Virus record (IMG/VR): IMGVR_UViG_3300020042_002598
Coordinates: 1 to 38,359 of that record
Reading direction: 5' to 3' (one strand)
From: a virus
Taxonomy: Duplodnaviria > Caudoviricetes
Length of the DNA: 38,359 nt
Within the stretch, counting starts at the first letter, position 1, and each line of letters starts with the position of its first letter. The notes under the pieces are model-generated. The model saw only the letters and a program-made list of their open reading frames with translations. It was not told the origin of the DNA and ran no database searches. Below, piece by piece: positions 26,313 through 35,171 of this stretch. A program made the translations under genes and the position numbers.

Positions 26313-26555
26313 TTATGCTTGAATTTGGGCTGTTTGGTAAGCGGCAATGACTTCAGCCGTATGCACCTTAGCGCAAATGGCTTGAACCTTGGCATCCTCG
26401 GCGCTGTAGTCGTCGCCTGGGGCAACTACATGGCGGTGAAATGTGCCACTTATCTGTTTACCATCTTCCATGATTGATGTTTTGGTTCGGACTTGTACCG
26501 ACCCATTTTCAACCACTTCAATTTGATCTACTAATATTATTTTTTCTATTGTCAT
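26313..26555 (-). CDS. Small protein downstream of the fibre, possible fibre chaperone
   Basis: VQVR...FHRHVVAPGDD. Follows a DYEEGTW-type fibre. Confidence 0.6.
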   Translation of the reverse strand: MTIEKIILVDQIEVVENGSVQVRTKTSIMEDGKQISGTFHRHVVAPGDDYSAEDAKVQAICAKVHTAEVIAAYQTAQIQA

Positions 26556-26573
26556 TTGGATTTTTAGTTAAAG

Positions 26574-27578
26574 TTATGCTGCAATGTATGTACCAGTTAA
26601 CCGCAATAAGTTTCCAGTTGATGCTAAGGTTACATCGCTAACAGTTAAAACATTTGACGCGCCGTTAGCGGTTGTCCTGTAATAAAGACCTATTTGTGTA
26701 GAGTTAGCACGAACCAACCCTGCACTTGGTTGATTAGCAACCCACAAAGATGTTTGGCTAACAGCCACACTAGAAAACCCGTTTTGTGTAGTTCCCGAAC
26801 TTGCTACGGCGGTGAACGGCAGCCCACCTACTCTTACCTCTAATGTTGCTGTGCTTAAAGTTACAGAATTTGTATAAAGCAAACATTGAATATGAACTAC
26901 GCTGCCAATTTTTGTGTACCGCCCACCGTTAAGCGTATTGTATGTAATTGCACCAAATGAGCCGCCTTCAGATTGTAAAACAGGCGACCAAGTGCCTTCT
27001 TCATAGTCAGCAAACAATTCGCTTGTGCCTGAACCTGAAGTGGCTGAAAAATCAATGCCTTTACCTGATGTTCCTATAACTAGATTGCCTGTACTTAATG
27101 TTGCATCTCCAACTAATGTTGGCGTAGTAATACTTGGGCTAGTGCTAAAAACTAAATTTGTGGTAGTAGTGCCTGTTGCCCCTGATGCGGAATAACCTGT
27201 GATGTTGTTAAATGCCGTAATGCTGGCGCTTGAAGCGTTTGTACCGCCATTAGCAACAGGCAATGTGCCGCTTACATGAGTTGTAAGACCAATTTTTCCC
27301 CAACTTGGGGCAGTTGATACACCGCCAGAAATAAGCGCATTGCCCGTGGCTACATCAGCAAGTTTTGCAAGGGTTGTGGTGGTATTAGCATAAAGAATAT
27401 CGCCCACTGCATAGGACGTTTGCCCCGTACCGCCTTTAGCCGCAGTAATAGTGCTGAGACCAGGATTTAAATCAGAAATAGCCAGTTTGACCGTTGCGCT
27501 ACTTTGAACTATTGGCAAAACTTCCGTCCCCACAACCGTAGCTGCGGAGGTTAGGGCGGAAATTTTGCTGTTAGACAT
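26574..27578 (-). CDS. Tail fibre protein
   Basis: KISAL...LPIVQ N-terminus, GGTG repeats, GKGIDFSA...DYEEGTWSP...GRYTKIG C-terminal domain. Confidence 0.8.
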   Translation of the reverse strand: MSNSKISALTSAATVVGTEVLPIVQSSATVKLAISDLNPGLSTITAAKGGTGQTSYAVGDILYANTTTTLAKLADVATGNALISGGVSTAPSWGKIGLTTHVSGTLPVANGGTNASSASITAFNNITGYSASGATGTTTTNLVFSTSPSITTPTLVGDATLSTGNLVIGTSGKGIDFSATSGSGTSELFADYEEGTWSPVLQSEGGSFGAITYNTLNGGRYTKIGSVVHIQCLLYTNSVTLSTATLEVRVGGLPFTAVASSGTTQNGFSSVAVSQTSLWVANQPSAGLVRANSTQIGLYYRTTANGASNVLTVSDVTLASTGNLLRLTGTYIAA

Positions 27579-29335
27579 TATTTGCCTTCTAGCACTTTAA
27601 TACGCTCAGTCAATTCTTGCACCGCAGATACCAAAGCCGCCACGATCTTAGATGCGTCAACGCCTTGGTACAAAGGTTCGTTATCAATTCCCACTTGATC
27701 TTTTTCCCCTGTTACTGCCGCAGGAAATACTTGTTGAAGTTCATGAGCCAGGAAACCTTCACCTAAAATTTGTTTGGATTTCCAAGTAAACGTAACGGGC
27801 TTTAATTGGCAAATGCGGTTTAACGCATCTGTCATAGGTTGAGGATTTTCTTTTAACCGATAGTCAGACGATGTGGCGTAATTAATAGCTGTGCCGCTAC
27901 TAGCCACTGCAATTTTACCAATTTCGGATGGAGTTGTTCCAATGCGAAAACTAAAAAATTTGTACCCATCTGCAACTGCTGCATTGTTATTACACGCTAG
28001 GTATGCAATCCCACCAGCATCACTGCTACTGGCAGATAAGTTAGCTGTTCCGTCCGAAAACAATCCATGCCCAACAGAACCAGAAGTTACGTCGCCAGAA
28101 TTTTCTTTTCCAACCGCAAGATTTGTAGGTGTCCACAAACCTCTTTTGGTATACGCTGATCGAACGCTAAAAAGATTTGCGTATGTATTATTATTGCCAG
28201 CATCAACTATTTCTGTACCAGTTGTAGTACCTGATAAACGTTTAACAGTGTGCCCGTCTGCGTCGGTTTGAAATTCAACTAATGTATTTGTAAGTCCTGC
28301 TGCATCAACCAAAACTTGACCTATATGGCAACCTCTAGAATTAGTGCGGAATAAAACAATTTTACCAAGGTAATTATCGCCTGGGTTTGCCACAATAAAG
28401 CTAATTTCAGCGCCAGATGGGTTTGTGTTTCCGTTACCAAATTCAACAACAATACTATTTGCGTTTGATGTTCCACCGCCACCTTCAGACCAAATAATTC
28501 CAATGTTATATCGACCACCAGCCAAAACGACAGGAGTGCCAACAGAACCGGTAGACGAAAGTAACCCTATGTTTATGCAGCCTCCGCTAGCAATATAAAC
28601 ATTTGCGGTGTCGTATCCAGTTGCGCCTGTTTTTGAGCCACCGATAAAACAAGAAAGCTGCCTAAAAGTCATTTCCCCAATAGGTTCGCCCGTTGCCTCA
28701 ATACGGAAATTATTTTTACCGTTTTTGTATAGCCATGCGTGTCCGCATTCGCCGTTGTAAATTGAACCAGTTAGAAAAATTCCATGATCGGCGTTGAATG
28801 AGCAAGAAAGTCTTTCCCACGACAACTCAACAGCGGTTTCTATTCCTGCACCACTCCTGCCGTTTACATAAAGTCCATGCCCCGAATATCCAGACCCGCT
28901 TGTAACGAAAGCAGAGCCAGTCCACAAAGCACCAAGCAATAAAACATCTTGTATGTGAAAACGTAAACGTCTGTCGCCTAAATTGGGTGGTTCTACTGTT
29001 AAGTTATTTCCAGCAATATTTGAGTTCCAAAGAACAGTTCCTCCGTTAAGAACAATAGTAGAGTCGTTATCCCATAAATCAGGGGGAGTATCTCCAACAA
29101 TTTCAATACCTTGGACTACAGTAAGCCCAGTGTGTCTATAAAGTCCGTTTGGAATGCGCAATTGACCGCCCTTTGGCGTTGCATCAATAGCACCCTGTAA
29201 CGCATACGTTACGTCAGGCGCACCAGCGGTTTGATTCCGCGCAACAACTTGTTCTTGGTCTGCTGCGGTCATGTAATCAAACACATTAACGGTTGCACCG
29301 TTAATCATTGAGTAACTTACTTTAGTCAAAGACAT
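27578..29335 (-). CDS. Tailspike with beta-helix-like region and C-terminal peptidase S74 intramolecular chaperone
   Basis: NVFDY...DVTYALQGAID...IPNGLY beta-helix cap. SDYRLKEN...LKPVTFTWK...GFLAHELQ and a terminal coiled coil. AT-rich. Confidence 0.85.
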   Translation of the reverse strand: MSLTKVSYSMINGATVNVFDYMTAADQEQVVARNQTAGAPDVTYALQGAIDATPKGGQLRIPNGLYRHTGLTVVQGIEIVGDTPPDLWDNDSTIVLNGGTVLWNSNIAGNNLTVEPPNLGDRRLRFHIQDVLLLGALWTGSAFVTSGSGYSGHGLYVNGRSGAGIETAVELSWERLSCSFNADHGIFLTGSIYNGECGHAWLYKNGKNNFRIEATGEPIGEMTFRQLSCFIGGSKTGATGYDTANVYIASGGCINIGLLSSTGSVGTPVVLAGGRYNIGIIWSEGGGGTSNANSIVVEFGNGNTNPSGAEISFIVANPGDNYLGKIVLFRTNSRGCHIGQVLVDAAGLTNTLVEFQTDADGHTVKRLSGTTTGTEIVDAGNNNTYANLFSVRSAYTKRGLWTPTNLAVGKENSGDVTSGSVGHGLFSDGTANLSASSSDAGGIAYLACNNNAAVADGYKFFSFRIGTTPSEIGKIAVASSGTAINYATSSDYRLKENPQPMTDALNRICQLKPVTFTWKSKQILGEGFLAHELQQVFPAAVTGEKDQVGIDNEPLYQGVDASKIVAALVSAVQELTERIKVLEGK

Positions 29336-29348
29336 GACTTATTCCTTA

Positions 29349-29828
29349 TTAGGTATACAAAATTTCAATTAAAGAATTAAATGGTGGCGCTTGAGTAAAT
29401 GTCAAAGTGCTACCTGATACAGAATATGTGTTTCTATTCTGATATACGCCATTTATGTAAACGTCAACTACATTTCCCAAAACTGCATACGCAACTGTTG
29501 AGCCGTTTCCTGTGTAGTTTGTTACAGAAGTAGAACCAAAACCTCGTATGTTGTCATAAGTTGCAATTAAAACATCAGTTGATGTATTTAAAACAAATTT
29601 GTACGGCACTGCGGTCAACCAAATTTCACCTCCAGGTACTCTGCCTGCGGAATCTAAAATAATTGGGTTGGTGTGTGCCGTTACACCGCTAGACGATGTA
29701 TATGCGGTTTGTGGCGTGGTTGTACCGGCTGCGTATGTGTACAGCTTGCCGCCAGTTAAAGGAACACCGCTGTTGGTAAAGAACTGGGCCGCTGCGCCGC
29801 CCACTGGGGAGAGAAAGACGACGGCCAT
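29349..29828 (-). CDS. Tailspike head-binding/adaptor protein
   Basis: QFFTNSGVPLTGGKLYTYAAGTTTP...NPIILDSAGR plus one GNGST...VYINGVYQ...LTFTQAPP module. Confidence 0.7.
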   Translation of the reverse strand: MAVVFLSPVGGAAAQFFTNSGVPLTGGKLYTYAAGTTTPQTAYTSSSGVTAHTNPIILDSAGRVPGGEIWLTAVPYKFVLNTSTDVLIATYDNIRGFGSTSVTNYTGNGSTVAYAVLGNVVDVYINGVYQNRNTYSVSGSTLTFTQAPPFNSLIEILYT

Positions 29829-29837
29829 GATTAACCC

Positions 29838-30107
29838 TTAGTCGTAAGCGACGGTAAATGCTGCTGAAGTACCAGCAAGCACAATGTACAAGCCTTTGTT
29901 AAAAAACAGACCCGCTGGAATATTCAAGTAGGTTGTACCTGCTGACACGGCGATGGTGTCTGAAATCTTAGGGTCGCTGGCGCTTGATGCGCCTGAGTCA
30001 TAGACTGTCAAAGTACCGCTTGAAGATGCCGACACGAAAATACCGTAAAGTTTTCCAGCACCAACTTTGATTTGAGTAGTCGCTGCGGTTTGGGTGTAAT
30101 TTGCCAT
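29838..30107 (-). CDS. Small beta-rich virion protein
   Basis: IKVGAGKLYGIFV...TLTVYD...FNKGLYI. AAGGA RBS. Confidence 0.7.
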   Translation of the reverse strand: MANYTQTAATTQIKVGAGKLYGIFVSASSSGTLTVYDSGASSASDPKISDTIAVSAGTTYLNIPAGLFFNKGLYIVLAGTSAAFTVAYD

Positions 30108-30116
30108 GATGTGTCC

Positions 30117-30485
30117 TTATGCCAAGAATTTCAATTTGTACAAAGTGCGGAGATAAATCTCAACGATATTATCAATCAGTTGCTGGAGCGATGAATCAGT
30201 TTTATCGCACACATCGTAACGAGCGCCTTCAATTTCAGCAAGGGAATCTTGCAAAAATTCAATGATGTTAGATGTCTTTTTTGCTGAGTTCAAAGTGATA
30301 GGGCCAATCAAACCATATCGGCCTTGGTACGCTTCAGCAAAGTCATCAGCCGCACCAATGATGCGTTCATAGAAGATGTTAAGTGCTGTGTGCTTGCTAA
30401 AGCTGCGAGTATTCAAATGCACAGAATGTGCAACATCCCGCGCCAAGAACAGCAAGCCTAAAAAATCAGCGGCTTTGTGTGTCAT
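30117..30485 (-). CDS. Ferritin/Dps-like four-helix protein
   Basis: AHSVHL...SFSKHTALNIFYE...DDFAEAYQG...YKLKFL. Confidence 0.75.
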   Translation of the reverse strand: MTHKAADFLGLLFLARDVAHSVHLNTRSFSKHTALNIFYERIIGAADDFAEAYQGRYGLIGPITLNSAKKTSNIIEFLQDSLAEIEGARYDVCDKTDSSLQQLIDNIVEIYLRTLYKLKFLA

Positions 30486-32674
30486 TGTGGCATTCCTTGT
30501 GGTGGCATCATTTCGCCTTCAGGCATCATTTCCATAGGCATGGACTCTTCACGCATCTCAGGCATTTGGTTCATCATGTCTTGCGACTCCATCGCCGCAG
30601 CGACTACACCCATCGCAATGTCTTGAATCTGTTGCTCAGTCATGCCAGCTTGCACCGCAGCGATCCGCTTGGTTTCGGCTTCGTACATCTTAACTTCAGC
30701 TTCAAAATCTTTGCGCTGCATATCTTGCATCTCGATGGATTTGCCGACGTTTTGGATCATCTGGTGCATCTGCTCCATCTCTTGACCCATCGCCTGCATC
30801 TGCTGTTCGGCCATTTGCAACTCTGGTGACTTGTCGCCGTCTTCCATGAGCTTGGGGTCAATGGTCTTGGCAAACCGTTTGGCCATCTCTTGGGCACCTG
30901 GCCAATCCATGTTCTTCACGAACAGATCACCGGCCACTTGCCACAGTTGTGGGTTGCCTTGCAACAGTTGAGCCATTGCTTCCAAGGCTTCTTGGCGCTT
31001 GGTTGCATAGCCTGGTCCTGTGGCCACCACCACGTCGTACTTGCCAACATTGGGGTTGTAGATCTTGTCGATCACTATGTCAGGATTGTTGGGATCGGTG
31101 ATCTTGCGAACCGGTTCGGGCTGATCTGGATTGAGCTTAACCATCTTGGTTTCGCCATCCAAACCAATGATGCGAGCCACGCGCTGGGTGTCGTAGATCT
31201 TGGGGATCAAGTCCACCAGCTGGCGCACAATGTGCCGCACACCACGGGCCAAGTTGTCGCCGTAGTGATAAGTGCCCACGTCACCCTCGCGCTGGCGAGC
31301 TAAAATGGCTTTGCCTGATCGTTCGTTGGACGACATGCCCAAAGATGCGTTGTATTGGCCAGTAGATGCCTTGATGTCCTCAGATGCGCCTGCCTTGGCC
31401 TGCAATAACCCGCTGGAGGCCATTGGGGGCTGTGCCCTAGCTGGCAGTGGCAGGGCAGCACCTTGGCCGTCTGTAACGTCTGGGTTGACTTCCAAATACG
31501 GCCAATTGGTTGTGTTGGCGGTCTTCCACTGGTTTTCGTAGCCTTCAAACTGGCCACCGTAACCAATAAACGGCGCTTTGGGCGCCAAAGCCAGCATCTC
31601 TGCTTCTTGGCTCACCCAGTAGTTGTACATGCGCTGGGCATCTTTGGCGTTACGCACCAAGCCCGACACATACAAGCGGCCATCAACCTCAAATTCATTG
31701 CCGACAATGCGAACTACGGGGATGTATTTCCCCGCCCAATCGCGTTCTTCAAGAATTTCATAGCCGTTAATCTTGCAGTATTTAATCTTGACGCGATCAG
31801 ACTCACGAGATTTTTTAGGTTTGCCATAAATTGCTTTCAGTTGTTTGTCCTCTGGGGTACCTTCAAAAGCGGTTACGTTCCCAGGGTACAGGTTAAGCGT
31901 TGCTCTGTCGTAGTCCACATAGTAGTAGTCAGCAACGCGGATGGTGTCTTCCATGAGCCACTGGCTCAAATTTTGGTCGCCAACACCTAGCGTTTGCAAG
32001 GTGGTGATAGGCGCAGAGTCGGGATACATCCGCGCATATTCGTCTTTGGTGATGTCTTCAGTAATGAAGCACCACTTAGCATCTGCGCCAGTCGGGTCTT
32101 GGATCGTTGGGTCCATGTACACCGAAAAGCTATTGCGTACACGGCCAATTTTAAGGTCTTGATCGAATGTGTTTTCGTCGCAGTATTCGGTCAGGATGCG
32201 GATGTAACCTTCGCCGTAGGAGACTTGGTTCTCACAGGCCGTGTCGTAAGCGACATCTGCGTCGGAGATGTATTCAATGTGTCTGACCATTCCATTGAAG
32301 ATTTCTGCAACTTCAACATCTGCGTGGTCGTCGGCAGGAATAACTTTGCCACTTGGGCGGTTTTGTCTTTGGTCATTGGTCACCTGCCTTACGTGCTGGG
32401 GTAACTTGTTAACTGTCAAACACGGTCTTGCGTTGATCGTCTGGCCTTGCACAGCGCCACGCGTTGCCAACACGTCTGCTGGCCACTGCCAGCGATTGTC
32501 GGGTGAGCCAGCGTAAAACTTCAAGTCGTCGATTTCATCTTCACGACTTTCAGACAACGCCCCAATCGCCATGTTGAGACGGTCGCGGGCGGTAGCCAGA
32601 ATGCTAGATTCGGTCTTCTTGTCGCCACCGTTGGCCACAGCACCGGCTGCGGCGATGCCTGTGTAATCTGTCAT
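30482..32674 (-). CDS. Portal protein, P22 gp1-like
   Basis: DDLKFYAG...[36 protein letters not shown], Gln/Met-rich C-terminal barrel. Confidence 0.95.
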   Translation of the reverse strand: MTDYTGIAAAGAVANGGDKKTESSILATARDRLNMAIGALSESREDEIDDLKFYAGSPDNRWQWPADVLATRGAVQGQTINARPCLTVNKLPQHVRQVTNDQRQNRPSGKVIPADDHADVEVAEIFNGMVRHIEYISDADVAYDTACENQVSYGEGYIRILTEYCDENTFDQDLKIGRVRNSFSVYMDPTIQDPTGADAKWCFITEDITKDEYARMYPDSAPITTLQTLGVGDQNLSQWLMEDTIRVADYYYVDYDRATLNLYPGNVTAFEGTPEDKQLKAIYGKPKKSRESDRVKIKYCKINGYEILEERDWAGKYIPVVRIVGNEFEVDGRLYVSGLVRNAKDAQRMYNYWVSQEAEMLALAPKAPFIGYGGQFEGYENQWKTANTTNWPYLEVNPDVTDGQGAALPLPARAQPPMASSGLLQAKAGASEDIKASTGQYNASLGMSSNERSGKAILARQREGDVGTYHYGDNLARGVRHIVRQLVDLIPKIYDTQRVARIIGLDGETKMVKLNPDQPEPVRKITDPNNPDIVIDKIYNPNVGKYDVVVATGPGYATKRQEALEAMAQLLQGNPQLWQVAGDLFVKNMDWPGAQEMAKRFAKTIDPKLMEDGDKSPELQMAEQQMQAMGQEMEQMHQMIQNVGKSIEMQDMQRKDFEAEVKMYEAETKRIAAVQAGMTEQQIQDIAMGVVAAAMESQDMMNQMPEMREESMPMEMMPEGEMMPPQGMPQ

Positions 32675-32808
32675 TTTTTCTTCTTTTCTGCTTCGCGCTT
32701 GACGCTGTAAGCAATAGCCACGGCTTGCTTGACAGGCTTGCCAGCTTTAACTTCCGCTTTGATGTTTTTGCGGAAGGCTTCGGGTGTTTTGGATTTAACG
32801 AGCGGCAT
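32671..32808 (-). CDS. Small basic protein (45 aa, MPLVKSK...QAVAIAYS...KKKK)
   Basis: Not in the ORF track. GGAG RBS, stop overlaps the portal ATG. Confidence 0.75.
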   Translation of the reverse strand: MPLVKSKTPEAFRKNIKAEVKAGKPVKQAVAIAYSVKREAEKKKK

Positions 32809-32809
32809 G

Positions 32810-33238
32810 TTAACTCTCCGTGTGGAAGATGGCGTAATTCAATTTAATCGCTTCAGAGTAAGCGTTGTTCGTGACGTTTTTAATTTCGACTGTAAACGAG
32901 CCATCACCAATGGCCGAAATAAAAGCGTTATACGCACCCAAAGTACCGCCAGAAGCTACGCTGACCACCACCACATCTCTGTTGCTGACTGTGCTGCAGT
33001 TAACCACAAACACCCCGCTGGCGCTAGGAGCCAGTTGTGATGACGCAGTGGTAATTTGGCCAGAAGGCTTGTTAAGTGTTACTGCCGTGTTTTTATTGTT
33101 GGATTGAGTTACCGTGCCAAAAGCACTGGCGGCGTAGCCAATTGTGCCCGTAGTAACGATGTCAGTGGCCTCAACAATATCCGCGCCGATGATGTTTTGG
33201 TCTTCGTACGCAACGCCAATTGGCTTGGTATTTGCCAT
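32810..33238 (-). CDS. Beta-rich putative virion protein (142 aa)
   Basis: Start reassigned to ATG 33238 (MANTKPIG), just after the upstream stop. Confidence 0.7.
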   Translation of the reverse strand: MANTKPIGVAYEDQNIIGADIVEATDIVTTGTIGYAASAFGTVTQSNNKNTAVTLNKPSGQITTASSQLAPSASGVFVVNCSTVSNRDVVVVSVASGGTLGAYNAFISAIGDGSFTVEIKNVTNNAYSEAIKLNYAIFHTES

Positions 33239-33239
33239 A

Positions 33240-33392
33240 CTATTTCTTCTTTGCAGTCTTAGCTGAATCTTTGAAATCTTTGGCCGTCGGCGCATTCTTG
33301 CTGCCAGGCTTGTTCATCTTCTCGCCAGAGCCCGCTTTGATGCGAGCTTGCTTTGCGTGGATGTTTGCATAGAGTCCAGGTTTGGTAGCCAT
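33240..33392 (-). CDS. Small basic protein (50 aa, MATKPGLYANIHAK...)
   Basis: Not in the ORF track. Fills the gap exactly and is Lys-rich. Confidence 0.75.
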   Translation of the reverse strand: MATKPGLYANIHAKQARIKAGSGEKMNKPGSKNAPTAKDFKDSAKTAKKK

Positions 33393-33393
33393 A

Positions 33394-33648
33394 TCAACAC
33401 TTCCATCTTTTAAGAGCAGCTTTAGCGCGTTCGTTGTCTTTGGCGTTGGCCGCTACAGCGCCCATTCTTGCACAAAATGAATCCTTGCGCCCTTGGTCTG
33501 CCTTGGTCTTAGGGTTGGGCGCTGGCGCTTTGAGGTTAGAACCCGTCGCCGCATTGTACTTCTCGCGTCCTTTGGCAGTCAAACCAGCACCCTTGGATGT
33601 AGGTAGCTTCTCGCCTCGGCCTACTGACAGTGATACTTTTTTTGTCAT
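33394..33648 (-). CDS. Small basic protein (GLTAKGR...SFCARM family)
   Basis: ATGA overlap with the terL stop. Confidence 0.75.
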   Translation of the reverse strand: MTKKVSLSVGRGEKLPTSKGAGLTAKGREKYNAATGSNLKAPAPNPKTKADQGRKDSFCARMGAVAANAKDNERAKAALKRWKC

Positions 33649-35168
33649 GCGCCCATCCATCCCGTAGAGACTGCGCTTTGAGAAGAAGCTCGCTTCATTG
33701 CAGGCTCCTTGTATTCTCTGTGCGCCACGGGGAAAGCAAACGTAACTGCAAGCGCATCAGCTGCATCCGGTGAAGCTAAACCTCTTGCTCGCATCTCTTT
33801 CTTGCCTTCCAAAAATATAGTCCCAGAAGAATTTGGCTTCTTCGTTGGACCAGTGAAATCAGCCTTCAATTGCCGATCTGACGGGATACTAGCAGATTTC
33901 AGCCAGTTTCGCATATCATTCCACATCTCTGCTCGCTTATTTCCAAACGCCTGCGAGTGCTTGGCCTTGCCTCCAAAATTAACACCTCGCACCTTGTAGC
34001 GCTGCTCTGTAAGACGGTCAAGAATGCCATACCCCAAACCACCCTCATCAATGACGGTAAGCGTTGGTTTGTATTCCTCAATGGCATCAATCACCCGTCC
34101 AACAATCTCCATCGTGTCTTCGCCCTTGTACCTTTTGATGGCCACAATGTCCCTACCCTGCCTCACCACAATCACGGTCGAATCTGCTCCACCGCGGGCT
34201 GGGTCCACTCCAAGGATGATTGGTGCCGTCAAATCCTTGTATCTCGCCCTCTTCATTGCATCATCCACAATCAAAGGGCTGATAAATTGATCTTCGCCAG
34301 CTGAAGGAAACTCGCCATACACCTCAACCTTGGCCTGTGATGAATCTTCGCCATACTCAGCAATGATCTGCTCATACACCGACTTATCGGTGTCTTCCAC
34401 CGTTCTAGCATCGACAATTTTTGACGTCCAAAAGTCCCGCTTGGCGTGAAAACACTCAAAAAAGTACCCCTCATTGCGCCGTGGGTTGGAAAATGCAAAC
34501 CAGTACCTGTCCGGCGTGTTCTCAGTAAAGAATCCAGCTCCCACCTCCCAAATAGGGTTAGGAATACCGCTAGATTCGTCAAATATCAGCATCATGCCGT
34601 CTTGATTGTGCACACCAGCGTAAGAATCAGGGTTCTCAGCACTCCAGAGCTTGCCCTCACAAGCCCAATAGCGGGTGCCTTTACGCAAATCACGCTCAAC
34701 AAGCTCAGTTAACCACTGCGCGGGCACCAACTTGGTGGCGCTGATCTCCCACCAGTGCGAGTTAATGAGCATTGCAGCCCATTTGGTCAACTCAGCCCAA
34801 GTAACTGAGCGCAGCTGGTTCTCGCTGTTGGCCGAAACAACAACCGAGCCACCAATGCGGGTGGTAAGCATCCACAAAATCAACCAGGACACCAAAGCAG
34901 ATTTGCCAATGCCTCGACCAGATGACACGGCCATGCGGATGGTGTCATAGTCAATCAAACCCTTTTGCTTCTTGATGTGCGCGGTAATGTCTCGCAACAC
35001 TTCCCTCTGCCATTTGCGTGGGCCATTGAACTTCTCCAGCGGCGTGTTCTTCTGGCCCCAGGGAAAGGCAAACAAAACAAAAGCTTCCGGATCATCAGCA
35101 ATGGCCGGTGACCAAAGCTCCACCATCAGCTTTTGTTCTTCTTCAGACTTGTATATTGTGGTTTGCAT
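33645..35168 (-). CDS. terL: Terminase large subunit
   Basis: Walker A SGRGIGKS, Walker B LIFDES, nuclease LGVDPARGG...SPDAADA. Confidence 0.95.
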   Translation of the reverse strand: MQTTIYKSEEEQKLMVELWSPAIADDPEAFVLFAFPWGQKNTPLEKFNGPRKWQREVLRDITAHIKKQKGLIDYDTIRMAVSSGRGIGKSALVSWLILWMLTTRIGGSVVVSANSENQLRSVTWAELTKWAAMLINSHWWEISATKLVPAQWLTELVERDLRKGTRYWACEGKLWSAENPDSYAGVHNQDGMMLIFDESSGIPNPIWEVGAGFFTENTPDRYWFAFSNPRRNEGYFFECFHAKRDFWTSKIVDARTVEDTDKSVYEQIIAEYGEDSSQAKVEVYGEFPSAGEDQFISPLIVDDAMKRARYKDLTAPIILGVDPARGGADSTVIVVRQGRDIVAIKRYKGEDTMEIVGRVIDAIEEYKPTLTVIDEGGLGYGILDRLTEQRYKVRGVNFGGKAKHSQAFGNKRAEMWNDMRNWLKSASIPSDRQLKADFTGPTKKPNSSGTIFLEGKKEMRARGLASPDAADALAVTFAFPVAHREYKEPAMKRASSQSAVSTGWMGA

Positions 35169-35171
35169 TGA

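Noticed and set aside
18764-29335. Diversity-generating retroelement or invertible fibre cassette
   Set aside because: No reverse transcriptase, invertase or nucleotide-level TR/VR repeat pair was noticed.
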